DNA of 40,118 bases. Origin: Bdellovibrionales bacterium (GTDB taxonomy: Bacteria; Bdellovibrionota; Bdellovibrionia; Bdellovibrionales; JAGQZY01). The stretch lies in contig JANPLN010000072.1 in assembly GCA_031426555.1 (NCBI GenBank), positions 1-40,118 of the forward strand, given 5' to 3'. Position numbers and translations under genes: made by a program. How positions within the stretch are numbered: the stretch's first letter is position 1; each line of letters starts with the position of its first letter. Below, one piece after another: positions 9,196 to 18,093 of this stretch. Under the pieces are notes generated by a model that saw only the letters and a program-made list of their open reading frames with translations, ran no database searches and was not told where the DNA came from.

Positions 9196-9952
9196 AAAGG
9201 GTGTCTCCTTCTTTCAGAGAGGTGATAAGTTCATTCTGTAAGTACTGGTAAAGGGAGAAATAACTTTTTTCGCTGTAATTGGTCAACACCGGAAATAAAA
9301 GGCTGGGGCTGATGGCGGGCGACGAGTTGTATTTTTGATGGCTCATCCAATGAAACACTTTAAAGCACAGCTGTAACCACTCTGAATGACGAACGACGTC
9401 TAGTGCTTGTGCTTTTGGTGGCAACGCGAACATCAGTTCGGTGCCGCGAGGATTGCGCGCCAGCCACAGGGGAAGGGTGCTTTGCAACGCAGTCCAGGTT
9501 GTGGAGCGCCACAGGTGGCCATTTTTCCAAAGATGAAATATTTGCGTTTCGATCAACGTGAGCTCCTCGGGAGAGAAGCGCGAAATAAACGTTTCCGACA
9601 CCGTCAGCCACAGTGTGGAGCTGTGGGTAAGGATCCATAGTGGGGCTTGGCCATCGGGGAGCACTTGCAGATGGAGGGTCGCCTCCGGGCCAAACTTTAG
9701 CTCGAGGTTTTTTTTCCATTGCAGGGCAAAACGATTTTGCACGGTCTTCACCGGTCGGTAAAAAAAGTAAAGGTACGGAAAAAAGTAGATGCCTAAATTA
9801 TAAACGATCAAGGGGCCGAGTAAAAAATAGGCAGATGAGCCCACAAAACCTTTGAGGAGCAGGAAAATTAAAAACTGCGAGCCTAAAATCCAGGCCCAAA
9901 GCCACTGAGTGGTGAAAACGCTCCACGGAGAATTTTTTTCTGGATTAACCAT
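9080..9952 (-). CDS. Hypothetical membrane protein (possibly a degenerate M48/HtpX-like fold)
   Basis: Two N-terminal TM segments; no intact HExxH motif; the 3' end overlaps DUF1844 by about 116 nt. Confidence 0.6.
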   Translation of the reverse strand: MVNPEKNSPWSVFTTQWLWAWILGSQFLIFLLLKGFVGSSAYFLLGPLIVYNLGIYFFPYLYFFYRPVKTVQNRFALQWKKNLELKFGPEATLHLQVLPDGQAPLWILTHSSTLWLTVSETFISRFSPEELTLIETQIFHLWKNGHLWRSTTWTALQSTLPLWLARNPRGTELMFALPPKAQALDVVRHSEWLQLCFKVFHWMSHQKYNSSPAISPSLLFPVLTNYSEKSYFSLYQYLQNELITSLKEGDTLYEPAKSGSFVFNSDPFHRLDGSNGPGVGPTSSDWQNRN

Positions 9953-10085
9953 AGAAAGACAATAGAAAAATATAAAATGAAAGCAAGCCTTTAAGGGTTA
10001 TTCTGCAAAGCGATATAAGGCCAAAATGATTGCATCTAAGGTGTCCCAGTTCAAAAATATAGAACCACTAGTCAAGGAGATGACG

Positions 10086-11072
10086 ATGAACGATGTATCT
10101 TTACTCAACGCTGCGATTCAAAAAGAAAGTGTGTTTGTCGACAGAATGTTTGCCGAAGTCGGCAAAGTGGTGGTGGGCCAAAAAGAAATGATCGAGGGAA
10201 TCCTCATGGGTCTTCTCACCGGTGGACACGTGCTCTTGGAAGGTGTGCCGGGTTTGGCAAAAACGCTCACCATTTCTTCGGTGTCGCGGGCCATCTCGCT
10301 GCACTTTCAACGGGTGCAGTTTACGCCAGATCTTTTACCTTCGGATTTAATCGGGACCATGATCTTTAATCCTAAGACGGGAGAGTTTTCGCCCAAAACT
10401 GGCCCGATTTTTACCAATATTCTTTTGGCCGATGAGATCAACCGCGCGCCCGCCAAAGTGCAAAGTGCGTTGCTCGAGTGCATGGCCGAAAAACAAGTTA
10501 CGATTGGCGACAAAACCTACAAGCTCGAAAATCCCTTCCTTGTACTCGCAACACAAAATCCATTGGAGCAGGAGGGAACCTATCCGCTGCCCGAAGCTCA
10601 GATGGATCGTTTTATGTTTAAAATTATTGTCAACTATCCCAACAAGGGCGATGAAATGGAAATCATGAATCGCATGGGGACCGACAACCAACCCAATGTA
10701 AGCCAAGTGATTTCTAAGGAAGAGCTTTTAAAGGCCCGGGCTATTGTTGACCAAATTTACGTGGATAAAAAAATTCAAACCTACATTGTGGATTTAGTCA
10801 TGGCCACGCGCCAGCCGGCTGAGTACGGCGTTGGACAGTTAGAAGATCTGATTCAAGTGGGTGGTTCGCCGCGCGCCACGATCAGTTTGGTGCGGGCCGC
10901 GAAAGCCCATGCATTTTTGCAAAAACGCGCTTTTGTGACGGCCGACGATGTGAAAGCTGTGGCTTACAACGTGCTTCGCCATCGTTTGATTTTAACTTTT
11001 GAAGCCGAAGCCGAAGACATCAAAAGCGATCAGGTGATTAAAGATCTTCTCAATCAGATTGAGGTTCCGTAA
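10086..11072 (+). CDS. moxR: MoxR family AAA+ ATPase
   Basis: GHVLLEGVPGLAKT, QFTPDLLPSD, LADEINRAPAKVQSALLE, ATQNPLEQEGTYPLPEAQMDRF; AAGGAG RBS before ATG 10086. Confidence 0.96.
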   Translation: MNDVSLLNAAIQKESVFVDRMFAEVGKVVVGQKEMIEGILMGLLTGGHVLLEGVPGLAKTLTISSVSRAISLHFQRVQFTPDLLPSDLIGTMIFNPKTGEFSPKTGPIFTNILLADEINRAPAKVQSALLECMAEKQVTIGDKTYKLENPFLVLATQNPLEQEGTYPLPEAQMDRFMFKIIVNYPNKGDEMEIMNRMGTDNQPNVSQVISKEELLKARAIVDQIYVDKKIQTYIVDLVMATRQPAEYGVGQLEDLIQVGGSPRATISLVRAAKAHAFLQKRAFVTADDVKAVAYNVLRHRLILTFEAEAEDIKSDQVIKDLLNQIEVP

Positions 11073-11073
11073 G

Positions 11074-11949
11074 TTGTCCATTCCCGCTGATATTGTTAAA
11101 AAAGTAAAACTGCTTGAGCTCAATACGCGCAAGCTGGTGAACTCCACGTTCGCGGGGCAGTATCAATCGGCTTTCAAGGGCCAGGGGATGACTTTTTCTG
11201 ACTTTCGCGAATACGTGCCGGGCGATGATGTGCGCGCCATTTCGTGGAATCTCACCGCACGAACCGGAAAAACATATATTAAAAAATACGAAGAGGAGCG
11301 GGAACTCACGCTGATCCTCGCCGTGGATGTGAGCGGCTCCATGGGCTTTGGCTCGCAAAACTTTTTAAAAGGCGAAGTCATCACAAATCTCGCAGCGCTT
11401 TTAGGGTTTGCGGCGGCTAAAAATAACGACAACGTTGGTTTGCTGTTGTTTTCCGATCAGGTGGAGCATTTTGTTCCACCCAAAAAAGGTCGCGGGCATA
11501 TTCAGCGTTTGCTGCGCGATCTTTATTTTTATCAGCCAAAAACACAAAACACCAAAATATCCGAAGCCGTGGATTATTTGTCGGGGATTTTAAAAAAACG
11601 CGCCACCATTTTTTTGATGAGCGATTTTATGTCCGACGAACCCTTTGGACAAATCCTCAAGAGGTTATCGCGCAAGCACGAGCTCATTTCGGTGGTAGTG
11701 TCCGATCCCGCCGAGGCCACGTTGCCTAACCTTGGTTTAATTGATTACTTTGATCCTGAAACTGAAGAAGTGATCACATTAGATACGGGCTCCGAAAGTT
11801 TTCGCAAGCTTGTTTATGATCAGTTTAAACGCAACAAAGAATTTCGCGATGCCGAATTTCGCAAAGCGCAGATCGATCGCATTGATATTCCCAACGATGA
11901 AAACTACGTGGATCCGCTGCTAAATTATTTTCGCAAGAGGATTTTTTAA
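11074..11949 (+). CDS. DUF58 domain protein (MoxR-associated)
   Basis: FKGQGMTFSDFREYVPGDDVRAISW, YEEERE, VDVSGSM; probable TTG start at 11074. Confidence 0.93.
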   Translation: MSIPADIVKKVKLLELNTRKLVNSTFAGQYQSAFKGQGMTFSDFREYVPGDDVRAISWNLTARTGKTYIKKYEEERELTLILAVDVSGSMGFGSQNFLKGEVITNLAALLGFAAAKNNDNVGLLLFSDQVEHFVPPKKGRGHIQRLLRDLYFYQPKTQNTKISEAVDYLSGILKKRATIFLMSDFMSDEPFGQILKRLSRKHELISVVVSDPAEATLPNLGLIDYFDPETEEVITLDTGSESFRKLVYDQFKRNKEFRDAEFRKAQIDRIDIPNDENYVDPLLNYFRKRIF

Positions 11950-12899
11950 TGGCCCAACCTGGAGAGATGGTCGAAATTCCTGTGGAGATTCCGCAAAAGC
12001 CCAAATGGGATTGCACGGTGGAAACCCAGCCCAAGGACCCCAAAGGTTTTACGGTGGGCGAGGTGTTTCAAGTTAACTGCGCAGGGGCTGGCTTAACTTT
12101 GGAGGAGCCTTTAAAAATTATAAATCCCGAACAAGTGAAGTACTCCCTTGTTTATTTAAAAACGCTTAAAAAAACCGAAAACGAATTGCAATTCTTCGCC
12201 ACAAGCTACGCTTCGCAAACGGTCAAACATCCGTTCATCCACGTGAGCGATGCCAAAGACGCTGGCTTTATTTCACAGCCCCTAGAAATTCGTCGACAGT
12301 CGGTGATCGATCCACAAAAACCACCGCAAGCTCCCTTCGGACCCATTCAACCCATGTCGATGAATTGGCCCTATTGGATTTTCTTTGCAGTTCTCTTAGT
12401 GGTTGCTGTTTTGATTGGCTGGGGAGCCATCTTTGTGCGCCGAACGGTGCAGCGAAGAAATCTCGAAAAAAATATTCGCAAGTTCCAAAGCCCCATGGGT
12501 TCTTACCATCAGTTTAGTAAAGATCTGCGCTTGCTCAAGCGGGGAGTGGTGTTCTCGCAACGATCCGACTGGAGCGAATCGCAAACTCAGCAGTACTTGG
12601 AAAAGCTCAACGAAGTGTATCGCATGTATGTGCTGCGGGAGTACACCGTTCCAGCTTTAAGTTGGTCCACGGCACGCATTGCTCAACATGTGCGTAAAAA
12701 AGATAAAAATGCCTACGAACATTTTAAGTCGCCATTTTTGAAAGCCTTTAGAGAGTTGGAACGCGCCCAATCCCATGTGCCCGAACTCAAACCGCAGGAC
12801 TGTGAGCAGCTCACCCAATTATGCTGGTTGGCGGTGGATTCGATGTGGAAGTCAAAATCCATGGTTTCATCCTCCACTCGCTCGGCGGTGACGCCATGA
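11949..12899 (+). CDS. Bat-operon membrane-anchored hypothetical protein
   Basis: One central TM helix; translationally coupled between DUF58 and batA. Confidence 0.75.
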   Translation: MAQPGEMVEIPVEIPQKPKWDCTVETQPKDPKGFTVGEVFQVNCAGAGLTLEEPLKIINPEQVKYSLVYLKTLKKTENELQFFATSYASQTVKHPFIHVSDAKDAGFISQPLEIRRQSVIDPQKPPQAPFGPIQPMSMNWPYWIFFAVLLVVAVLIGWGAIFVRRTVQRRNLEKNIRKFQSPMGSYHQFSKDLRLLKRGVVFSQRSDWSESQTQQYLEKLNEVYRMYVLREYTVPALSWSTARIAQHVRKKDKNAYEHFKSPFLKAFRELERAQSHVPELKPQDCEQLTQLCWLAVDSMWKSKSMVSSSTRSAVTP

Positions 12900-13903
12900 T
12901 AGTATGGAATTCGGCCTGGGCATTTTTATTTCTCATTCCTCTCAGTTTAATTCTGGGTTGGACGTGGTGGCAGCGAGCAAACCTTTGGGGTTTTGTACGC
13001 TACAGTTCTTTTTCGTCGCTGCGCGATTTAAGCTCGACGTGGAGAGTGAAACTGAAGTGGCTGCCCATAGCCATCAAATCTGCGGCGTTGGTTTTTTTGA
13101 TCATGGCACTGGCGCGACCGCAAAAAGCCGATGAAAAGGTAAAACGCAATGTCGAAGGCATCGACATCATGATTACTTTGGATATTTCAGAAAGTATGCT
13201 TATCGAAGACATGAAACCCACCAATCGTCTGGAGTCGTCAAAACAAACCATTCAAGAGTTTATTAAAAAGCGCGTGTCCGATCGAATTGGCGTTGTGGTA
13301 TTTTCGGGGGAAGCGTACGTGCGCATTCCGTTGACGTTGGATTATCCTTTACTTCTGCAAAACGTTTCCGAAATAAAAACCTCGCGCAACATCAAAATGG
13401 GAACGGCCATCGGTGTGGCTCTGGCCAATGCGTGCTCGCGCATTAAAGACTCCGATGCCAAAAGCAAGGTGATTGTGCTTTTAACCGACGGCGAAAACAA
13501 TACCGGCCTGATTGACCCGCTAACAGCCTTGCGTATTGCAAAAGGTTATGGCGTCCGCATTTATACCATCGGTGCAGGTATCGATGGCGATGCGCAGTTG
13601 CCCATTTACTCGCAAGATATTTTTGGTCGCCAGGTCAAGCGCTATCAACCCATTCATAGCTCGGTGAATGTAGACTTGCTCACACAGATGGCCGAGGAAA
13701 CCGGTGGAAAGTTTTTCCGCGCCACAGACACCAAAACTTTAGAAAATGTTTTTAGTGAAATCGATCGCTTGGAAAAAACCAAAATCGATGTGGATCGTTT
13801 TGTAAAATACCAAGAGCTTTTTCAAAATTTTCTATTTTGGGCGGTTGTTTTGTACGCCCTAGGCGGAATTCTTCAGATGACCATTTTTAGGAGGGGAATC
13901 TGA
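12896..13903 (+). CDS. batA: BatA-like VWA domain protein
   Basis: ALARPQ, MIDAS DISESM, DRIGVVVFSG, GTAIGVALA, LLTDGENN; ATGA overlap with the upstream gene. Confidence 0.9.
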   Translation: MIVWNSAWAFLFLIPLSLILGWTWWQRANLWGFVRYSSFSSLRDLSSTWRVKLKWLPIAIKSAALVFLIMALARPQKADEKVKRNVEGIDIMITLDISESMLIEDMKPTNRLESSKQTIQEFIKKRVSDRIGVVVFSGEAYVRIPLTLDYPLLLQNVSEIKTSRNIKMGTAIGVALANACSRIKDSDAKSKVIVLLTDGENNTGLIDPLTALRIAKGYGVRIYTIGAGIDGDAQLPIYSQDIFGRQVKRYQPIHSSVNVDLLTQMAEETGGKFFRATDTKTLENVFSEIDRLEKTKIDVDRFVKYQELFQNFLFWAVVLYALGGILQMTIFRRGI

Positions 13904-14958
13904 TGTGGAGATTTGAAGCAACAAAGTATTTATTTTGGTTGGGTCTCTGTCCTCTCTTTTTTGCAATATTTTTGTTTTACGTCTCGCGCTGGAAGCGGAT
14001 CACGCAAAAAACCTTCGGGGCGCGTGTGGTTCCTTATCTCGTGCAAAATTACTCCGTTGTGAAAGCCACCTGGAAAATGAGTTTCTTTTGCTTGGCACTC
14101 GGTTTTATGGTGCTTGCCCTGGCTCGACCACAATCGGCCAAAGGACAATCGGAAGTTAAGAGTGAAGGTGTTGAACTGATGGTGCTTGTGGACGTATCAC
14201 GCAGCATGCTCTCTGAAGATGTGCGCCCGAGCCGTTTGGAGCACGCCAAAAAAGAAGTTATGAATTTGCTTGATAGTTTAAGCGGCGACAAAGTGGGGCT
14301 CATCGCCTTCGCAGGATCGTCGGTTTTGTTATCACCACTCACCGCAGACAAAGCGGCGTTGAAAATGTTTGTCGAAGGGCTTTCTCCAGAATCTGTGGAA
14401 ACTCAAGGAACCGAAATCGGCCGTGCGCTCAACGAAGCTAAGGAGGCTTTCGTCCGCGGTGGCGTGGAAGTGGGTGAGGCGTCGCGGGTCACAAAAGTGG
14501 TGATTGTTATTTCGGACGGCGAGGACCACGAAAAGTCGGCCGAAACCGCCGCCAAGGAATTGGCAGACCAAGGCATTCGGCTGTTTACCATGGCCTTTGG
14601 CACCGAGGCCGGGGGCAAAGTGCCGCTGCGTGATCCCAATGGTCAGCTGCGCGATTATCTGAAAGATAAATCAGGCCAGCCCGTGGTTTCGAAAGTGAAC
14701 GGCGAATTTTTACGAACCCTATCGCAGATCGGTCAGGGAAGTTTTTATCATGTCACCTTTGGCGGCGATCAAATGAAATCTCTGAAAGAGGACATTGATC
14801 TCTTGGAAAAATCAGAATTCGATACACTGACAGCCACCAGCTTCCAGGAACACTTTCAGATTTTCCTCGGGATCGCACTGTTGCTAGCGCTCATTGAACT
14901 TGCCCTTGGAAATCGCAAAAAAGTCTCTGCAGTTTGGAAAGGGCGGTTTCCAGTATGA
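13903..14958 (+). CDS. batB: BatB-like VWA domain protein
   Basis: ALARPQ, VDVSRSMLSEDVRPSRL, GLIAFAG, ISDGEDH. Confidence 0.9.
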   Translation: MWRFEATKYLFWLGLCPLFFAIFLFYVSRWKRITQKTFGARVVPYLVQNYSVVKATWKMSFFCLALGFMVLALARPQSAKGQSEVKSEGVELMVLVDVSRSMLSEDVRPSRLEHAKKEVMNLLDSLSGDKVGLIAFAGSSVLLSPLTADKAALKMFVEGLSPESVETQGTEIGRALNEAKEAFVRGGVEVGEASRVTKVVIVISDGEDHEKSAETAAKELADQGIRLFTMAFGTEAGGKVPLRDPNGQLRDYLKDKSGQPVVSKVNGEFLRTLSQIGQGSFYHVTFGGDQMKSLKEDIDLLEKSEFDTLTATSFQEHFQIFLGIALLLALIELALGNRKKVSAVWKGRFPV

Positions 14959-15710
14959 AACAATTTTTCGTTTTTGCTATGACCGTGCTCATGGTTTTGG
15001 CTTCCTGGGCACAAGGCGTAGATCTTATTTATCAAAACAACAAAGCCGTGCGAGTGTTCGGCGTTGAAAAAAAACTCGAAGCCTACGAGCTATTTTTAGA
15101 AACCCTCATTTTAGATCCCTACGAACCCACGGTGCAATTCAACGTGGGAAGTTCGTTACAGGCCCTGGGCGAAGTTGAAAAAGCCGAAAAACTTTACAAA
15201 CAACTCTTAAAAGATGTGAACACCCAGCTGACAAAAACTCTCACGCCCGAAGAGCAACAAAAATGGCTGAAGGTGAAGTTTGCCCTGCTGTATAACTTGG
15301 GTGTGCACTATCAGGGCACGCAAAGAATCGACGAAGCCCTGGAAGCTTATCAACAAGCCCTCGAATTAATTCCCGACTCCAAAGAAATCAAAACCAACAT
15401 CGAAATGATGTTCACCGGCGGCGGTGGCGGTAAGGGCGACGGAAAAGATAAGAGCAAAGATCAAAAAGATGATGGTAAAGGTGAGCAGGACAAAAAAGAG
15501 CAAGGAGAGGGCGACAAAAACGAAGACCAAAAGCCCTCCGACGGCGATCGCTCCAACGAAAAGCAAAAGGGCAAAGAGTTCGACCAATCACAAATGTCCA
15601 CCGAAGACTTAAAACGCATCATGGAAGAGCTCAAGCAACAAGAGCAAGGCATCCGAGCCAAAGTCCAACGCAAGGGCGAGAAGGCCGAGCCGAAGGACAA
15701 ACAATGGTGA
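14955..15710 (+). CDS. batC: BatC-like TPR protein
   Basis: Signal peptide, TPR motif (LYNLGVHY...ALEAYQQALE), D/K/Q-rich linker, C-terminal KDKQW. Confidence 0.82.
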   Translation: MKQFFVFAMTVLMVLASWAQGVDLIYQNNKAVRVFGVEKKLEAYELFLETLILDPYEPTVQFNVGSSLQALGEVEKAEKLYKQLLKDVNTQLTKTLTPEEQQKWLKVKFALLYNLGVHYQGTQRIDEALEAYQQALELIPDSKEIKTNIEMMFTGGGGGKGDGKDKSKDQKDDGKGEQDKKEQGEGDKNEDQKPSDGDRSNEKQKGKEFDQSQMSTEDLKRIMEELKQQEQGIRAKVQRKGEKAEPKDKQW

Positions 15711-15717
15711 GGAGGGG

Positions 15718-15842
15718 AATATGGCGTTTTTAATTCATAATTTAGAAATGTTCCTAAAAGCCTCGGACAGTCCTCGTCCCTTCGGTCCTGCGGAACTCGT
15801 TTTTAGAAATATTTCTAAATTACGAATTAAAAATCCCATATT
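15718..15842. repeat. Palindromic element, copy 1 (~125-bp hairpin)
   Basis: AATATGG..TTTTTAATTC.TAATTTAGAAAT ... ATTTCTAAATTA.GAATTAAAAA..CCATATT arms around a core shared with copy 2. Confidence 0.9.
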
Positions 15843-15993
15843 AGCCCACTCTGTGGCTTTTTTTGCCCACCAAGTGGCACATTTGGATAACAGCGTGGAT
15901 TTTTGTTTTGCGCGGTGGACTTCTTTTTCCACACAGTCGGGATTTTCGTTCTGTGCAAATGGTATCGATCATTACTTATGTGAGGTTGAATGA
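15721..15993 (+). CDS. Small ORF inside the Bat operon whose first ~40 codons are a palindromic element
   Basis: Strong GAGGAGG RBS right after the batC stop; its stop overlaps the batD ATG (ATGA). Confidence 0.5.
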   Translation: MAFLIHNLEMFLKASDSPRPFGPAELVFRNISKLRIKNPILAHSVAFFAHQVAHLDNSVDFCFARWTSFSTQSGFSFCANGIDHYLCEVE

Positions 15994-16104
15994 TGTTGGA
16001 AAAGGCTTTCTTTAAAATATTTCTAAAAACGAGTTCCGCAGCGAAGCGAGGACTGTCCGAGGCTTTTAGGAATATTTTAAAGAAAGCCTTTTTCAACATC
16101 ATTC
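15988..16104. repeat. Palindromic element, copy 2 (~117-bp hairpin, core inverted), in frame in the batD N-terminus
   Basis: GAATGATGTTG.AAAAGGCTTTCTTTAAAATATT ... AATATTTTAAAGAAAGCCTTTT.CAACATCATTC; the core at 16015-16072 is the reverse complement of the copy 1 core. Confidence 0.9.
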
Positions 16105-17993
16105 TTCTTTCGGTAGGTTTTAGTTCGTTGGTGCAAGCGGCAGAGGCGAAGATCAATGTGCAGACGGTGGTTCAGCCCAGGGAGATTGAAGAAGGCGATA
16201 TTTTTGTGGTGCAGATCGAAGTTTCTGCCAATGAAATGGTGAATGTGGAGACGCCGGCGCCGCCCGCTGTTGCTGGGGCTACGTTTCGTGGTCAGTCCCA
16301 GGCTCAGCGCACCAACGCGGGGGCGATGATGAACGCCCAAGGCGAGTTGGAATTTCGCCGAACTGTGACGCAGGTTTTTAGCTATCAGTACTCGGCGACG
16401 CAGGCGGGGAAGCTTGTGGTGCCGGCCATCAATCTCGATGTGGGAGGGCAAAAGTATCCGTCGTCGGTGGCGCAGATTCAGGTGTTTCCTTCGGGCTCGG
16501 GCAAAGGTAAACCAAAGCGCGCTGTGCGACCTGATTTTTTTGGCGAAGACGAAGACCAAATGCTCGGCGCAGATCCCTTCGAAAATATGAAAAAAATGGA
16601 GGATCGTTTTAATCAGCTCTTACAGCGGCGTTTTGGCGGCGGTGGGATTCAAGGCTTTCAAGCGGTTCCTGATTTTGACGAAAAAGATGCTTTTGTGATC
16701 GTGAGCGAAGTGGACAAAACCGAAGTTTTTGAAGGCGAACAGATCACCGCCAGCTGGTACTTAAATACAAAGGCTGGGGTGCGCGAAATCGACACTCTAA
16801 AATATCCCGACCTGAAAGGCTTTTGGAAAGAAGACATCGAGCTTGCAACGCTATTAAATTTTCAGCCGGCCGAGCTCAATGGCAAACAATATAACAAAGC
16901 TCTTTTGGCGTCGTATGCACTTTTTCCCATCGAGGACGGCAAAGCCATCGTCGACGGCTACAAAGCCAAGGTCACCGTGGTTTCGGGTTTTGGAAAAAAT
17001 GTCACCTCCACTAAAACCAGTCAGGTGATTCCCATTCTTGTAAAGCCACTGCCGGAGGCGGGGAAGCCGGCGGCGTTTTCGGGTGCGGTGGGGGAGTATC
17101 AAATTAAGGCCCAAGTGGAAAGCACGTCTGTTGTGGCCCATCAGCCCTTTTCGTTGCGCATCCATGTGGAGGGTCGTGGAAACGCCAAGCAATTTGAGCT
17201 TCCCAATCCAACTCTTCCATCCCACGTGGAGATTTACGATATTAAAAAGGACTCTAAATTTTTTAAAAACGGGATGAGCTACAAAACCTTCGAGGTTTTT
17301 TTAATTCCTCGTCAAGAGGGGGAATTGGTAATTCCTCCGATCACAACCGCCGTGTTCAATCCGGGAACACAAAAGTACGAAACTCTTGCAACTCCGGAAT
17401 TTAAATTGAATGTACTGCCAGGGTCGGGGCAGCAGGGATTGCAATCCTCGCGTTTGCAAAAACAAAACGCCGAGGCGCCAGCCGAAAATTTACAACTTCT
17501 CACACAGTGGCAACCGGTGTCGGCCTCGAACACACCAAACTGGCTGTTGTGGTGTGCTGTTTACGGGATGACCTTTTTAGGGCTCCTCGGCTACGCCGCG
17601 CGATCCTTGCGCTGGTGGCAGAAGCCGCTGGGAATGAAGGAGCTGTATCGCATTCGTTTTAAAAAATTATCGACGGTCGTGGCGCAAAAAAAATGGCGCG
17701 AGCTAGGTGTTGAGGTAACAAACTTAGCCGCCTTTGTTCTGGGGCAGGTTTCCGGTGCGGGGGGCGCACATTTGCAAACTGATAAATTGATCGAAAAAGC
17801 GTCGCCCAGTGTGCGTCGGCATTTGGGCACGGATCTCAATAAAGTTTTGGAAAAATTTTATCTCTTAGGTTTTGGTCCAGAAGAATTGATGCAAAAAGTG
17901 GCTGCTGAAAATCGCTGGTCCGACGAAATAAAAAAGCTCGATGAATTGCTTTTAAAAGCCATTGAGTTATCGATGGCCGACCTAAAAGTCTAG
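15990..17993 (+). CDS. batD: BatD-like protein
   Basis: Signal peptide, DKTEVFEGEQI, VKPLPEAGKPAAFSGAVGEY, VEGRGN, C-terminal TM helix; position in the Bat operon. Confidence 0.88.
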   Translation: MMLEKAFFKIFLKTSSAAKRGLSEAFRNILKKAFFNIILLSVGFSSLVQAAEAKINVQTVVQPREIEEGDIFVVQIEVSANEMVNVETPAPPAVAGATFRGQSQAQRTNAGAMMNAQGELEFRRTVTQVFSYQYSATQAGKLVVPAINLDVGGQKYPSSVAQIQVFPSGSGKGKPKRAVRPDFFGEDEDQMLGADPFENMKKMEDRFNQLLQRRFGGGGIQGFQAVPDFDEKDAFVIVSEVDKTEVFEGEQITASWYLNTKAGVREIDTLKYPDLKGFWKEDIELATLLNFQPAELNGKQYNKALLASYALFPIEDGKAIVDGYKAKVTVVSGFGKNVTSTKTSQVIPILVKPLPEAGKPAAFSGAVGEYQIKAQVESTSVVAHQPFSLRIHVEGRGNAKQFELPNPTLPSHVEIYDIKKDSKFFKNGMSYKTFEVFLIPRQEGELVIPPITTAVFNPGTQKYETLATPEFKLNVLPGSGQQGLQSSRLQKQNAEAPAENLQLLTQWQPVSASNTPNWLLWCAVYGMTFLGLLGYAARSLRWWQKPLGMKELYRIRFKKLSTVVAQKKWRELGVEVTNLAAFVLGQVSGAGGAHLQTDKLIEKASPSVRRHLGTDLNKVLEKFYLLGFGPEELMQKVAAENRWSDEIKKLDELLLKAIELSMADLKV

Positions 17994-18093
17994 TCTCTGG
18001 AGGGCTCCAGGAACTCATACTGAGACCTGGGAAATCAAGGGTTGCGATTTTTGAATTCCTTAAGGTAAACTAAATTGTGGTTGTGGAGGTTGA

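Noticed and set aside
15735..16156. Minus-strand ORFs 15735-15932 and 15827-16156 with peptides resembling the plus-strand ORFs
   Set aside because: The similarity is the direct consequence of the palindromes; they are antisense to the Bat operon.
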